Positions 1 to 8,661 of a stretch of DNA of 64,000 bases are shown piece after piece. The notes under the pieces were generated by a model. That model made no database searches, was not told the origin of the DNA, and worked only from the letters and a program-made list of their open reading frames with translations. Source of the stretch: Thermoplasmata archaeon (GTDB lineage: Archaea > Thermoplasmatota > Thermoplasmata > Thermoplasmatales > GCA-001856825); the NCBI GenBank assembly GCA_021792255.1, contig JAJYUZ010000003.1:32001-96000 (forward strand). Reading direction: 5' to 3'. The position numbers and the translations under genes are program-made. The stretch's first letter is position 1. Every line of letters begins with the position of its first letter.

Positions 1-1776
1 GGGAATGAAGCGGTCGCCAGAGGGATCTACGAAGCAGGTGTGTCGGTAGCTGCCACCTATCCTGGTACCCCCAGTTCAGAGATCGGTGACGTTCTTTATA
101 GAATTTCGGACAGAATGGGGATCAAGTTTGAATTTGCCACGAACGAGAAGGTCGCACTCGAAATAGCAGCTGCTGCCTCTGCAGGCGGACTCAGGTCTTT
201 CGTCTTCATGAAGCACGTGGGATTGAATGTCGCGATGGACTCTTTCGTTTCGCTTTCTGGAGCTGGAGTCAAGGGAGGAATGGTAGTTCTATCGGCCGAC
301 GATCCTTCAATGCACTCATCCCAGAATGAACAGGACAACAGATTTCTCGGGAAATTTGCTAAGACCATCGTCATAGAACCTTCCAGCCCCCAGGAGCTCA
401 AGGATTTCATCGTAATGGCATTCGATCTTTCGGAAGAAGTTGGGCATCCTGTTCTCCTCAGGAGCGCTACCAGGATTTCGCACGTCAGGGCACCAGTAAG
501 ATTCGGTGCCGCGAAGGACAAGAAGGGATGGAAGTACCAGAAAGACCCGTCCTTTCTCCTTCTTCCTGAGAACGCATACAAGGCTCAGATTTCTATTAAT
601 GAGAGATTGAAGAGAGTAACAAATTCGCGGTACTCGGAAAATTTCAATCGAGTCTACGGCGATTCTTCGACACTGATAATCACATCGGGAGCTGCGTATA
701 ACTACGTAGATGAAGCCCTCCAGATGCTGAACGTAAAGGCAAGGGTAATGAAGATCGGTTTGAGCTTTCCGCTGGACCTGGATGTAGTTTCGAAAGAGAT
801 TGGGAAAGCCGAGAGGGTCGTATTCATCGAAGAGGGTGGTCCGTTCCTTGAGGAGCAGGTCCTCTCTTTCAGCGCACTTCACTCGATCAACAGGGAGTTT
901 CATGGGAAGTTGAGTGGAAGCGTACCAGCATCGTACGAGATGAACGTAGACAGGCTGGTCGGTTTTCTTTCAAAAATATTTGGAATCGATTTTCCGGTAA
1001 AGGACAAGACTCTGGGACTTCCGGAACGAGCAATCACACTGTGCCCTGGCTGTCCTCATCGAGCGACTTACTACGTTGTAAAGATGGCAATGAAGCAGAA
1101 GGGAATAAAGAACGCCATCGTTCCCACAGACATTGGGTGCTATACTCTGGGGTACTACGAGCCCTATCAACTGGGTGACTTCGTATTCTCGATGGGTTCT
1201 TCTATAGGATCTTCAAACGGGTTCACCGCGAACGCTGGAGAACGAGTCATCAGTTTCATAGGAGACAGTACATTCTTCCATTCAGGTATTCCTGCGCTCA
1301 TCAATGCATACCACAACAATCACAATTTTGTAGTCGTCATTCTTGACAACTTCATAACTGCGATGACCGGGGGTCAGCCAACTCCGGAAACGAGCCCTCC
1401 ATTCAGGAGAGTGGACATTGAGAGTGTCGTCAGGGGAATTGGCATAAAGAATGTTTTCACCATTGACCCGTACGATCTGAATAATTCTCTCAGCATTTTT
1501 AAGAAAGCGCTCGATTCTAAAGAGCTCGCGGTCGTGATAAGCAAGAGGGAGTGCGCGCTTGAGGTCGATAGGAAGAGATCTCCATCGGAGATCAAAGTAT
1601 TCCAGGTCAACCAAGATAAATGCAGTCTCTGCTATAACTGCGTCAGCAATTTTTCTTGTGCAGCGTTCTATATTGATAACGGCAAGGTGGAAATCGATCC
1701 AGAACTGTGTGACGGCTGCTCTGTGTGTTCAGAGCCTTTAGTGTGTCCATTCAATGCAATAGAGGTGAAACCATAA
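1..1776 (+). CDS. iorA: indolepyruvate ferredoxin oxidoreductase alpha subunit (5' truncated by window edge)
   Basis: Frame is open from base 1 (GNEAVARG...YPGTPS). Motifs NEKVALE, MKHVGLNVA, CPGCPHR, TPP motif GDSTFFH..N and C-terminal ferredoxin Cys motifs. Confidence 0.95.
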   Translation, partial: GNEAVARGIYEAGVSVAATYPGTPSSEIGDVLYRISDRMGIKFEFATNEKVALEIAAAASAGGLRSFVFMKHVGLNVAMDSFVSLSGAGVKGGMVVLSADDPSMHSSQNEQDNRFLGKFAKTIVIEPSSPQELKDFIVMAFDLSEEVGHPVLLRSATRISHVRAPVRFGAAKDKKGWKYQKDPSFLLLPENAYKAQISINERLKRVTNSRYSENFNRVYGDSSTLIITSGAAYNYVDEALQMLNVKARVMKIGLSFPLDLDVVSKEIGKAERVVFIEEGGPFLEEQVLSFSALHSINREFHGKLSGSVPASYEMNVDRLVGFLSKIFGIDFPVKDKTLGLPERAITLCPGCPHRATYYVVKMAMKQKGIKNAIVPTDIGCYTLGYYEPYQLGDFVFSMGSSIGSSNGFTANAGERVISFIGDSTFFHSGIPALINAYHNNHNFVVVILDNFITAMTGGQPTPETSPPFRRVDIESVVRGIGIKNVFTIDPYDLNNSLSIFKKALDSKELAVVISKRECALEVDRKRSPSEIKVFQVNQDKCSLCYNCVSNFSCAAFYIDNGKVEIDPELCDGCSVCSEPLVCPFNAIEVKP

Positions 1777-2369
1777 TGGTCTCAATCGTTTTTGCAGGTG
1801 TGGGCGGACAGGGTCTGATCACTGCGGCAAACATGGTCGGAAAGGCTGCAGTTACCGAGGGAAAAAATGTACTGATGACAGAACTCCACGGTATGGCGCA
1901 GAGAGGAGGGAGCATTCTGGTCGAGGTAAGAATAGGTGATTACAAGAGTGCAATAATTCCCCTCGGGATGGCTGACGTAATTGTTGGTTTTGAAAAACTC
2001 GAGACTGCGAGGAATCTTCCAAAGCTCAAGAAGGGAGGGACGATTCTGCTCAACGAACGCAGGATACATCCTATTTCCTTAACGATCAAGAAAGAAAGTT
2101 ATCCGGACCTTGCAATTGAAGAGAGACTGAAAGATCATAACCCCATCAAGGTCGAAGCTGACCAAATAGCTCTGGATCTTGATAACAAGAGAGTCGTAAA
2201 CACGGTGATGACCGGAGCGCTCTTTTCCACAGGTCTCCTTGAAATCAGCGAAGAGAGCCTGCATGCTGCCATCAAAGGATCTTTTCCTGAGAAGCTCTGG
2301 GAAGCGAACTTCAAGGCATTTGAAGCAGGGAAGAGACTGTCTCAGGTACAAGCAACAAGGGTCTTATGA
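1776..2369 (+). CDS. iorB: indolepyruvate ferredoxin oxidoreductase beta subunit
   Basis: GVGGQG and ELHGMAQRGG motifs. ATG at 1776 overlaps the iorA TAA and follows a GAGGTGA SD. Confidence 0.93.
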   Translation: MVSIVFAGVGGQGLITAANMVGKAAVTEGKNVLMTELHGMAQRGGSILVEVRIGDYKSAIIPLGMADVIVGFEKLETARNLPKLKKGGTILLNERRIHPISLTIKKESYPDLAIEERLKDHNPIKVEADQIALDLDNKRVVNTVMTGALFSTGLLEISEESLHAAIKGSFPEKLWEANFKAFEAGKRLSQVQATRVL

Positions 2370-3226
2370 AGATCAACGTAATCGGCGCGGGATCGATGGG
2401 AATTGCTCTTTCTTGTTTCCTCCTGAGGAAGAATGAAGTCGTTCTGACGGTGAAGAAAGGAGAGAAGGGATTCTACGATAGAGGGGTGGTGCTCAGAGAA
2501 GGGGATAAAGAAGAGAGATTTTTTGTCAAAGTCTCTGAGGGAACGGAAGACGCGGACATCACGATAATTGCAGTCAAGTCCTATGATCTGGCGAAGGTAT
2601 ATGAGGACTACGATCTGAAGGGAAACGTCGTGCTTATACAGAATGGCCTGACCCACATTGGGATCGAGAAGAAGGGAGTAAACAAGATCTACGCGGTCAC
2701 AACCTGGGGCTCGAAGAAGGTAGCGAAGGGAGTCGCGGAACTCACCGGTAGGGGATATTTCAGAGTGGGGAGTAAATCCGTAAGAATTGATCTCTCTTTT
2801 CTAAAGGCGGTTGGAATAAATGCGGAATGGGTAGAGAACATTGAAGAGGAGATATACAGGAAGGCTGCGATCAACGCAGTCATCAATCCCATAACAGCGC
2901 TGTTCGGAGTGAAGAATGGTCTGGTAAGTAGCGAGCCAGAATTATGGAGTATTGCGTCTCAGGCAATTGGAGAATTAGAAGTCTTGTTTTCGAAAATGGG
3001 GTACCATCTGGAAATTGAGAAGAATGTCATCGAAACCTGCAAGGTCACCGCAGAGAATACTAGCAGCATGCTGCAGGACATTCAGCAGGGTAGAAGGTCA
3101 GAAATTGATTCCATAACTGGAGAAATAATATCATTGGGAAAGAAGCAGGGAGTGGAAATGGGGGTCAACAAGTTCCTTTACGAATCGGTAAAATTCCTGC
3201 AGTCCCACTATAAGTCCGCGATTTAA
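2366..3226 (+). CDS. panE: 2-dehydropantoate (ketopantoate) reductase family
   Basis: GAGSMG Rossmann motif, AVKSYD, QNGL, KAAINAVINP, SSMLQD, RSEID. Confidence 0.88.
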   Translation: MKINVIGAGSMGIALSCFLLRKNEVVLTVKKGEKGFYDRGVVLREGDKEERFFVKVSEGTEDADITIIAVKSYDLAKVYEDYDLKGNVVLIQNGLTHIGIEKKGVNKIYAVTTWGSKKVAKGVAELTGRGYFRVGSKSVRIDLSFLKAVGINAEWVENIEEEIYRKAAINAVINPITALFGVKNGLVSSEPELWSIASQAIGELEVLFSKMGYHLEIEKNVIETCKVTAENTSSMLQDIQQGRRSEIDSITGEIISLGKKQGVEMGVNKFLYESVKFLQSHYKSAI

Positions 3227-3252
3227 AAGTCGATGGAAGAAGATTTTGCAAT

Positions 3253-4659
3253 CTACCTATTTCCTATGCGTACTGGGTATCTGCCATTCAGGCACCCCAG
3301 GCAGAGACTTTCTTTTCCCAGGCCCGTTGCCCTTATGAGTCCCTCTAACGAAATATACCTGAGGCTATCTGCTCCTACCTTCTCGTTTATTTCCTTGAGA
3401 CTTCTGTTGGCAGCGATGAATTGATCCTTTGTCTTCATGTCTATGCCGAGGTAGCATGGAAAACGTACTGGGGGACAAGCTATCCGTAGATGTACCTCCT
3501 TCGCGCCGTACCTCTTCAGCATCTTGACTATCTTTCTCGTCGTGTTCCCCCTGATGATACTGTCGTCTACGAGAACCACTTTCTTCCCTTCAATTAGCTG
3601 CTTTATCGGGTTCAGTTTAATGTCCAGTTCGCTTTCCCTTCCCGCCTGCTCAGGCATTATGAATGTTCTGTCTACGTACCTGTTCTTGATGAGACCTTCT
3701 GAGAGGGGAATCCCTGATTCTTCAGCATATCCCTGAGCGTGAGTTCTCGCGGAGTCGGGAACTGCGACCACGCAGTCCGCTCCTTTCACCGGACTTTCTC
3801 TTGCGAGTATTCTTCCCAGGTTCATTCTAGTTTCAAAAACGCTTCTTCCATCCACAACGCTGTCTGGTCTTGCAAAGTACACGTACTCGAACATGCAGTG
3901 CGCGGTCCTTGCATCCTCGTTGTACATGAATGAATCCAACTCGTTCTTCTTGATTTCGACGATTTCTCCTGGCCTTACGTCCCTTATGACCTTACCGTTA
4001 AGCTGATCGAACACTACACTTTCTGATGCCCCGCAGTACCCAAATTCAGTGGTGCCGACCACGAGTGGCCTGATCCCATTTGGATCTCGGGCTACAAAAA
4101 CTCTCTGATTTATCATAATGTTGAGAGAGTACGCACCTATCAGCTTCTTGAATGTGTTCTTCATGGATAGAATCGGATCCGCATTTTTTGACAACTCTAT
4201 GGACAGGAGTTTCATTATCACCTCAGTATCTGAGTTTGTGGCAAACGAGTAGCCTCTGCTCTCCAGTGACCTCTTTAATTGAAGCGCGTTTACTATCTCG
4301 CCGTTGTGTCCAATTGCAATTTCGTACTTTCCTATGTTGGCATAGAGCGGTTGAGCATTCTCTAGAGTGGACGAGCCCGCTGTACTGTATCGAATGTGTC
4401 CAATCCCTATTCCAGTATCTTTCTCTAACTTGACTCCAGAAAAAACTTCGTTGACAAGTCCCATCCCTTTATGGTTCTTTAGAACCTTTCCCGTGTTGAT
4501 AGAAATTCCAGAAGATTCCTGCCCGCGATGCTGAATTATTCTGAGCGATTGAATTAACCTATAACCAACGGGAACGCTTTCTGCGAGAGCTACAATCCCG
4601 CAGGATTCACCTAGACTTCGCCCAGTTGTAACTTCTGATCCTAGTATCCGGATATCCAC
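3253..4659 (-). CDS. purF: amidophosphoribosyltransferase
   Basis: ESC-GIV Ntn N-terminus, QHRGQE, GHIRYST, HNGEI, VLVDDSIIRGNT and Fe-S Cys. Start placed at GTG 4659 (AGGTG 8 nt upstream); GTG 4668 is the alternative. Confidence 0.93.
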   Translation of the reverse strand: MDIRILGSEVTTGRSLGESCGIVALAESVPVGYRLIQSLRIIQHRGQESSGISINTGKVLKNHKGMGLVNEVFSGVKLEKDTGIGIGHIRYSTAGSSTLENAQPLYANIGKYEIAIGHNGEIVNALQLKRSLESRGYSFATNSDTEVIMKLLSIELSKNADPILSMKNTFKKLIGAYSLNIMINQRVFVARDPNGIRPLVVGTTEFGYCGASESVVFDQLNGKVIRDVRPGEIVEIKKNELDSFMYNEDARTAHCMFEYVYFARPDSVVDGRSVFETRMNLGRILARESPVKGADCVVAVPDSARTHAQGYAEESGIPLSEGLIKNRYVDRTFIMPEQAGRESELDIKLNPIKQLIEGKKVVLVDDSIIRGNTTRKIVKMLKRYGAKEVHLRIACPPVRFPCYLGIDMKTKDQFIAANRSLKEINEKVGADSLRYISLEGLIRATGLGKESLCLGCLNGRYPVRIGNR

Positions 4660-4768
4660 AGTGGGCACACCTTTTGTGAGTGACGTTATAAGAGTGATGA
4701 CCGCATCTCCTGCACTTTATATGGACTTTTATTCTGTTTCTCCTCCCCATTGAAGGAGTTCCTCTCAT
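4607..4768 (-). CDS. rpl37e: 50S ribosomal protein L37e (53 aa, absent from ORF track)
   Basis: Hand translation MRGTPSMGRRNRIKVHIKCRRCGHHSYNVTHKRCAHCGYPDTRIRSYNWAKSR. C4 zinc finger; lies directly after the Sm gene. Confidence 0.95.
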   Translation of the reverse strand: MRGTPSMGRRNRIKVHIKCRRCGHHSYNVTHKRCAHCGYPDTRIRSYNWAKSR

Positions 4769-4769
4769 T

Positions 4770-5006
4770 CTATATCGCCTCCGAAGGTGAAATGTACACT
4801 ACTACATCTCCTCTCACTACCATTATCGGGAAAGTCCCTTTACTCTTATTCTCAATAACCTCTTCAGCGTTCTTTATGACGAGATTGAGATGTTGATCGT
4901 AACCATCCAGCAATCCTCTGTATTCCCTGTTCCATTTCACCTTAACCAGTACGTACTGGTTAAGACTGTTCCCTAGAACATTCAGAGGACGCAGCTTGCC
5001 TTCCAT
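4770..5006 (-). CDS. Sm-like (LSm/SmAP) RNA-binding protein
   Basis: RPLNVL..YRGLLDGYDQHLNLV..VVRGD Sm1/Sm2 motifs; Sm-L37e linkage typical of archaea. Confidence 0.93.
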   Translation of the reverse strand: MEGKLRPLNVLGNSLNQYVLVKVKWNREYRGLLDGYDQHLNLVIKNAEEVIENKSKGTFPIMVVRGDVVVYISPSEAI

Positions 5007-5181
5007 GACACCAGATTGTTACCTCATATTTAACGATGTCCAGATGGATTCTCTCAAAGAGAATGATTGTAAACCTGAAAAATGAGCATACTTTGAGCAC
5101 TGGTCGTTTCTTTTTCGACTATACCCCTATCGAAATAGATTCGATACAAAAATTAAAATCCCGGACGGTTCTCATCAAGGC

Positions 5182-5688
5182 ATGGCAAACGAATCCACTG
5201 GTCAAATATCTGGAATTATTCTCTATACTGCAATCTCACCGGAGTACACCATCAGATCCATAGTTTTCACCGACAAAGAAGTCATTCAAATACCCCTCTC
5301 AAAGATGAGTGAGCTAGCTGGGAGACTGAGCGGCCTCCCCGTCGTCGCTTCGTGGTTACTGGAAGCGTCCAATCCTGCAATCTTTTCTGGGGTGGGCGGA
5401 CTCGTTGGACTCAAAATGTGGTCAAATCTTAAGAAGAAAGTTTCAGACCTTCCTCCTGTAAAGATCGAAAAGGGGCCACTTCCTCCCGAGTTCCTAGAAG
5501 AGGCAAAGTCTCGATTGTCATATGAGGAAATCAAAGAGGTGAAGATTTCTAAGATAGCGATGTCTGGCGATTATTTGCTGCACCTTAGAGCAGGATACTG
5601 GCATTCACAAAAGATCGTATTCGAAGAGCGAGCCTTGCAGGAAGTAACTGCACTGGTAGGCGGAACTCCCTTGGCTGCGAAAATGTGA
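5182..5688 (+). CDS. hypothetical protein
   Basis: 168-aa ORF filling the intergenic space, with an AT-rich promoter-like stretch upstream; no recognisable family. Confidence 0.6.
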   Translation: MANESTGQISGIILYTAISPEYTIRSIVFTDKEVIQIPLSKMSELAGRLSGLPVVASWLLEASNPAIFSGVGGLVGLKMWSNLKKKVSDLPPVKIEKGPLPPEFLEEAKSRLSYEEIKEVKISKIAMSGDYLLHLRAGYWHSQKIVFEERALQEVTALVGGTPLAAKM

Positions 5689-5735
5689 TCTGGCGACTCA
5701 GGAAATTTATTTAGCCAACACAACATGCACCCTCA

Positions 5736-6506
5736 ATGACAATCTGTCTAATTGGGGGCTCAGTTACGGGGAAATTGCTCGAAGATGCTGAGATAGTTAA
5801 AATTTCGACCCCCTATGGAGAAATGTCGTCTCCCTTGGAACTTGGTAAGATCGCAGGGAAGGACGTGGTAGTGCTGTACAGACACGGAAAGGAACACAAG
5901 ATACCGCCGCACAAGATAAACTTCAGGGCGAACATTTTTGGATTGAAGGAAATGGGCGTAGATAGAGTGATAGGCGTTTCAGCAGTTGGGTCCCTTCAAA
6001 AGGACATTGAACCCGGCGCAATAGCGCTCCCGGACCAGTTCTTCGATTATACCAAGGGTAGAACCTACACCTTTTATGATGGCCCACAAGTGGTTCACAT
6101 GTCAATGGCCGATCCATTCTGCACGGAACTCCTGGAAGTTTTCCACAGGAGCCTCATCGATCTCAGGATCAAATCAAAGAGAGGGGGGACTTATGTGTGT
6201 ATAGAGGGACCGAGGTTCTCCACAAGGGCCGAGAGCAAGTTTTTCAGAGGGGTAGGAGACATAATAGGAATGACCCTGGTTCCAGAAATAAATTTGGCCA
6301 GGGAAAAAGATATGTGCTACCTGACGCTTGCTACGGTAACCGATTATGACGTATGGGCAGATGTACCAGTAAATTCAAAGGAAGTGATAAGAGTAATGAA
6401 AGAAAATGAAGAGAATATAAAGAATGTTTTAACCAATGCTATTCCCAGGATACCAGACAGACACGCATGCAGTTGCGGTCTTCAACTTAAGGAGGCCGGA
6501 CTTTGA
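5736..6506 (+). CDS. mtnP: 5'-methylthioadenosine / purine nucleoside phosphorylase (MTAP family)
   Basis: RHG..H..PPH.INFRAN, SAVGSL, EGPRFSTRAES, GMT..PE, TDYD. Confidence 0.9.
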   Translation: MTICLIGGSVTGKLLEDAEIVKISTPYGEMSSPLELGKIAGKDVVVLYRHGKEHKIPPHKINFRANIFGLKEMGVDRVIGVSAVGSLQKDIEPGAIALPDQFFDYTKGRTYTFYDGPQVVHMSMADPFCTELLEVFHRSLIDLRIKSKRGGTYVCIEGPRFSTRAESKFFRGVGDIIGMTLVPEINLAREKDMCYLTLATVTDYDVWADVPVNSKEVIRVMKENEENIKNVLTNAIPRIPDRHACSCGLQLKEAGL

Positions 6507-7723
6507 AAGCAAAGTTTCTTGGAGGAGGAGATGAGGTCGGAAGACTAGGGATGGTTCTTTCGACGGAGAGGTACAAGTTCCTTTTCGATTATGGTATGAA
6601 TCCGACTAAACCTCCCACTTTTCCAATGTTTGCACCGAAGGTCGATGGAGTATTTGTAACACATTCGCACCTCGACCACGTTGGTATGCTTCCGTGGCTA
6701 AACAAAAATGGAGGAGCAAACGTTTACGCAACTCCCCCAACTCTTTCGGTGATACCGATTCTGCTATACGATACTGTGAAGATCGCGCGTCTGGAGGGAG
6801 GGAGCCTGCCATACGAAGAATTTGACGTTGATAGTATCATAGAGGCCTTTACTCCACTGAACTACGGCGAGACAATGGAATTCAAGGACCAGGACATAAC
6901 TCCTCATTCCACAGGCCACCTGATCGGCAGCAGCATGTACCTGGTGCAGAACGACAGCAAGATCGTTTTCACAGGTGACATACAGAGCATTGATACCCAC
7001 CTAATGTTCGGTGTCAAGCCTATCGATACTGACATTCTAGTCGTAGAGAGCACTTACGCAGGCAAGGAGCACCCGCCACGACCAAACGTTGAGGAGAATT
7101 TTCTGTCTTCGATTCAGAAGGTGGTGGAGAACGACGGAGTGGCAATAGTACCTGCATTCGCCACAGGAAGAGCTCAGGAATTACTCATGGTGCTGGAAAA
7201 TACTGACTATGAAATATGGATGGACGGTATGGCAAGAACAGTCTGTAACGTTCTATTGAGCTTCCCGAAATACATAAAGAATTACCAGAGGTACAAGAAG
7301 ATGCTGAGGAGAGTGAGGATGGTGAGAAGCAAGTCCGATCGTGAGAAGGCACTGGGAGGGGATGTGATCATTACCACCAGCGGAATGTTAGATGGAGGAC
7401 CCGTGCTCAATTACATTTCACAACTTAACGATCCGAAGAATGGACTATTCCTTACCGGGTACCAGGTGGAGGACACGAATGGAAGAATGCTTCTGGAAAC
7501 TGGTAGCATAGACCTAGCAGGAGTGGCTACCAAGGTCAATATGGATGTAAAGTTCTTCGATTTCTCGGCTCATTCTGGACACAAGGAACTTCTAGAATTC
7601 ATTGAAGGTTGCAGACCAGACAAAGTTGTTCTTATGCACGGAGAGAAGAGGGAGGAGCTGTCTAAGAACCTGACTTCTTCCAAAGTCATCCTGCCGAAGA
7701 ACGGAGAAGAGTTTGAACTCTGA
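6503..7723 (+). CDS. metallo-beta-lactamase / beta-CASP ribonuclease (no KH domains, aCPSF2-like)
   Basis: THSHLDH, GHLIGS, FTGD, ESTY, GRAQE, FSAH and HGE motifs. Confidence 0.88.
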   Translation: MKAKFLGGGDEVGRLGMVLSTERYKFLFDYGMNPTKPPTFPMFAPKVDGVFVTHSHLDHVGMLPWLNKNGGANVYATPPTLSVIPILLYDTVKIARLEGGSLPYEEFDVDSIIEAFTPLNYGETMEFKDQDITPHSTGHLIGSSMYLVQNDSKIVFTGDIQSIDTHLMFGVKPIDTDILVVESTYAGKEHPPRPNVEENFLSSIQKVVENDGVAIVPAFATGRAQELLMVLENTDYEIWMDGMARTVCNVLLSFPKYIKNYQRYKKMLRRVRMVRSKSDREKALGGDVIITTSGMLDGGPVLNYISQLNDPKNGLFLTGYQVEDTNGRMLLETGSIDLAGVATKVNMDVKFFDFSAHSGHKELLEFIEGCRPDKVVLMHGEKREELSKNLTSSKVILPKNGEEFEL

Positions 7724-7728
7724 AAAAC

Positions 7729-8661
7729 ATGCTAAGGGAGAAAGTACTAGACGTACTGTTCAGTGAAGAAATTACACAGAAAGAACTGACGTCCAGACTC
7801 AAGTCTTCCCGGTCAAGGATTTCTGAGGTTTTGAAACAACTCGAAAGAGAGAAACTCATCACAAGAAAGAGGGTAAGCGAGAGAACCGTTCTTGTTTCCC
7901 TGAACCATTCCAGGACACTGAGAGTGGGAGTCGTGAGGAGTTCGGAATACGCTCACGTAGTTTCTGCCCTGTACGGGCTGAAAGAAAAAGTGCCGTTCAG
8001 AATCAAGGTGTACGAAAACAGTCTCGAGGCGCTCAGAGACCTTGTGACTGGCTACCAGGACATCGTCGCGAGTCCAATGATATCAGGGTACTTCTTCCAT
8101 CTGATAGACAACAACATAAAACCAATCGCAGGGGTTGCAATGGGTGGGGCTGGTCTGATAAAGAGAAGTGAGGGAGGAAAAATTGGTACAACTCCACTTT
8201 CTAGAATGGACAAAGATTCGAGAGAATATAAGAATTACGAACGGACCTACTACAGGAGCATTGACGACATACTTCAAGCGTACAGGAAGAGAGAGATAGA
8301 TGCCGCAGAAATATGGGAACCTTTTCTATCGATCAACAAGGGAATAGGGAAGAGTCCCAGTGGAATGTGCTGCTGTCTATTCACTCAGGTGAACGACAGA
8401 AAATCAATTGAACTGTTCTTAGAGAATTACCTGGAGAGTGTTGAAACAGGACTTCCTCGAGCCAAGAGGAAGCGGATTGCAGAAATATTGAGTGGCCTAA
8501 TTGGCGTAAAGGAGAAAGTCATAGACGCGAGCTTTGACTCGTACATTTTCACTGCTTCGATCAGCAGGATCGACGTAGAAAATCAAATTGCGAGTTTCGG
8601 TTTACCACAGGTGAAAGGGGTGGAAAACTTTCTTGAAAGATGTTCCAAAGTTTCCTTATGA
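7729..8661 (+). CDS. winged-helix regulator fused to a type-2 solute-binding-like domain
   Basis: N-terminal ITQKELTSRLKSSRSRISEVLKQLERE wHTH. C-terminal LRVG..IDAAEIWEPF resembles SsuA/NMT1 binding proteins. Confidence 0.7.
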   Translation: MLREKVLDVLFSEEITQKELTSRLKSSRSRISEVLKQLEREKLITRKRVSERTVLVSLNHSRTLRVGVVRSSEYAHVVSALYGLKEKVPFRIKVYENSLEALRDLVTGYQDIVASPMISGYFFHLIDNNIKPIAGVAMGGAGLIKRSEGGKIGTTPLSRMDKDSREYKNYERTYYRSIDDILQAYRKREIDAAEIWEPFLSINKGIGKSPSGMCCCLFTQVNDRKSIELFLENYLESVETGLPRAKRKRIAEILSGLIGVKEKVIDASFDSYIFTASISRIDVENQIASFGLPQVKGVENFLERCSKVSL

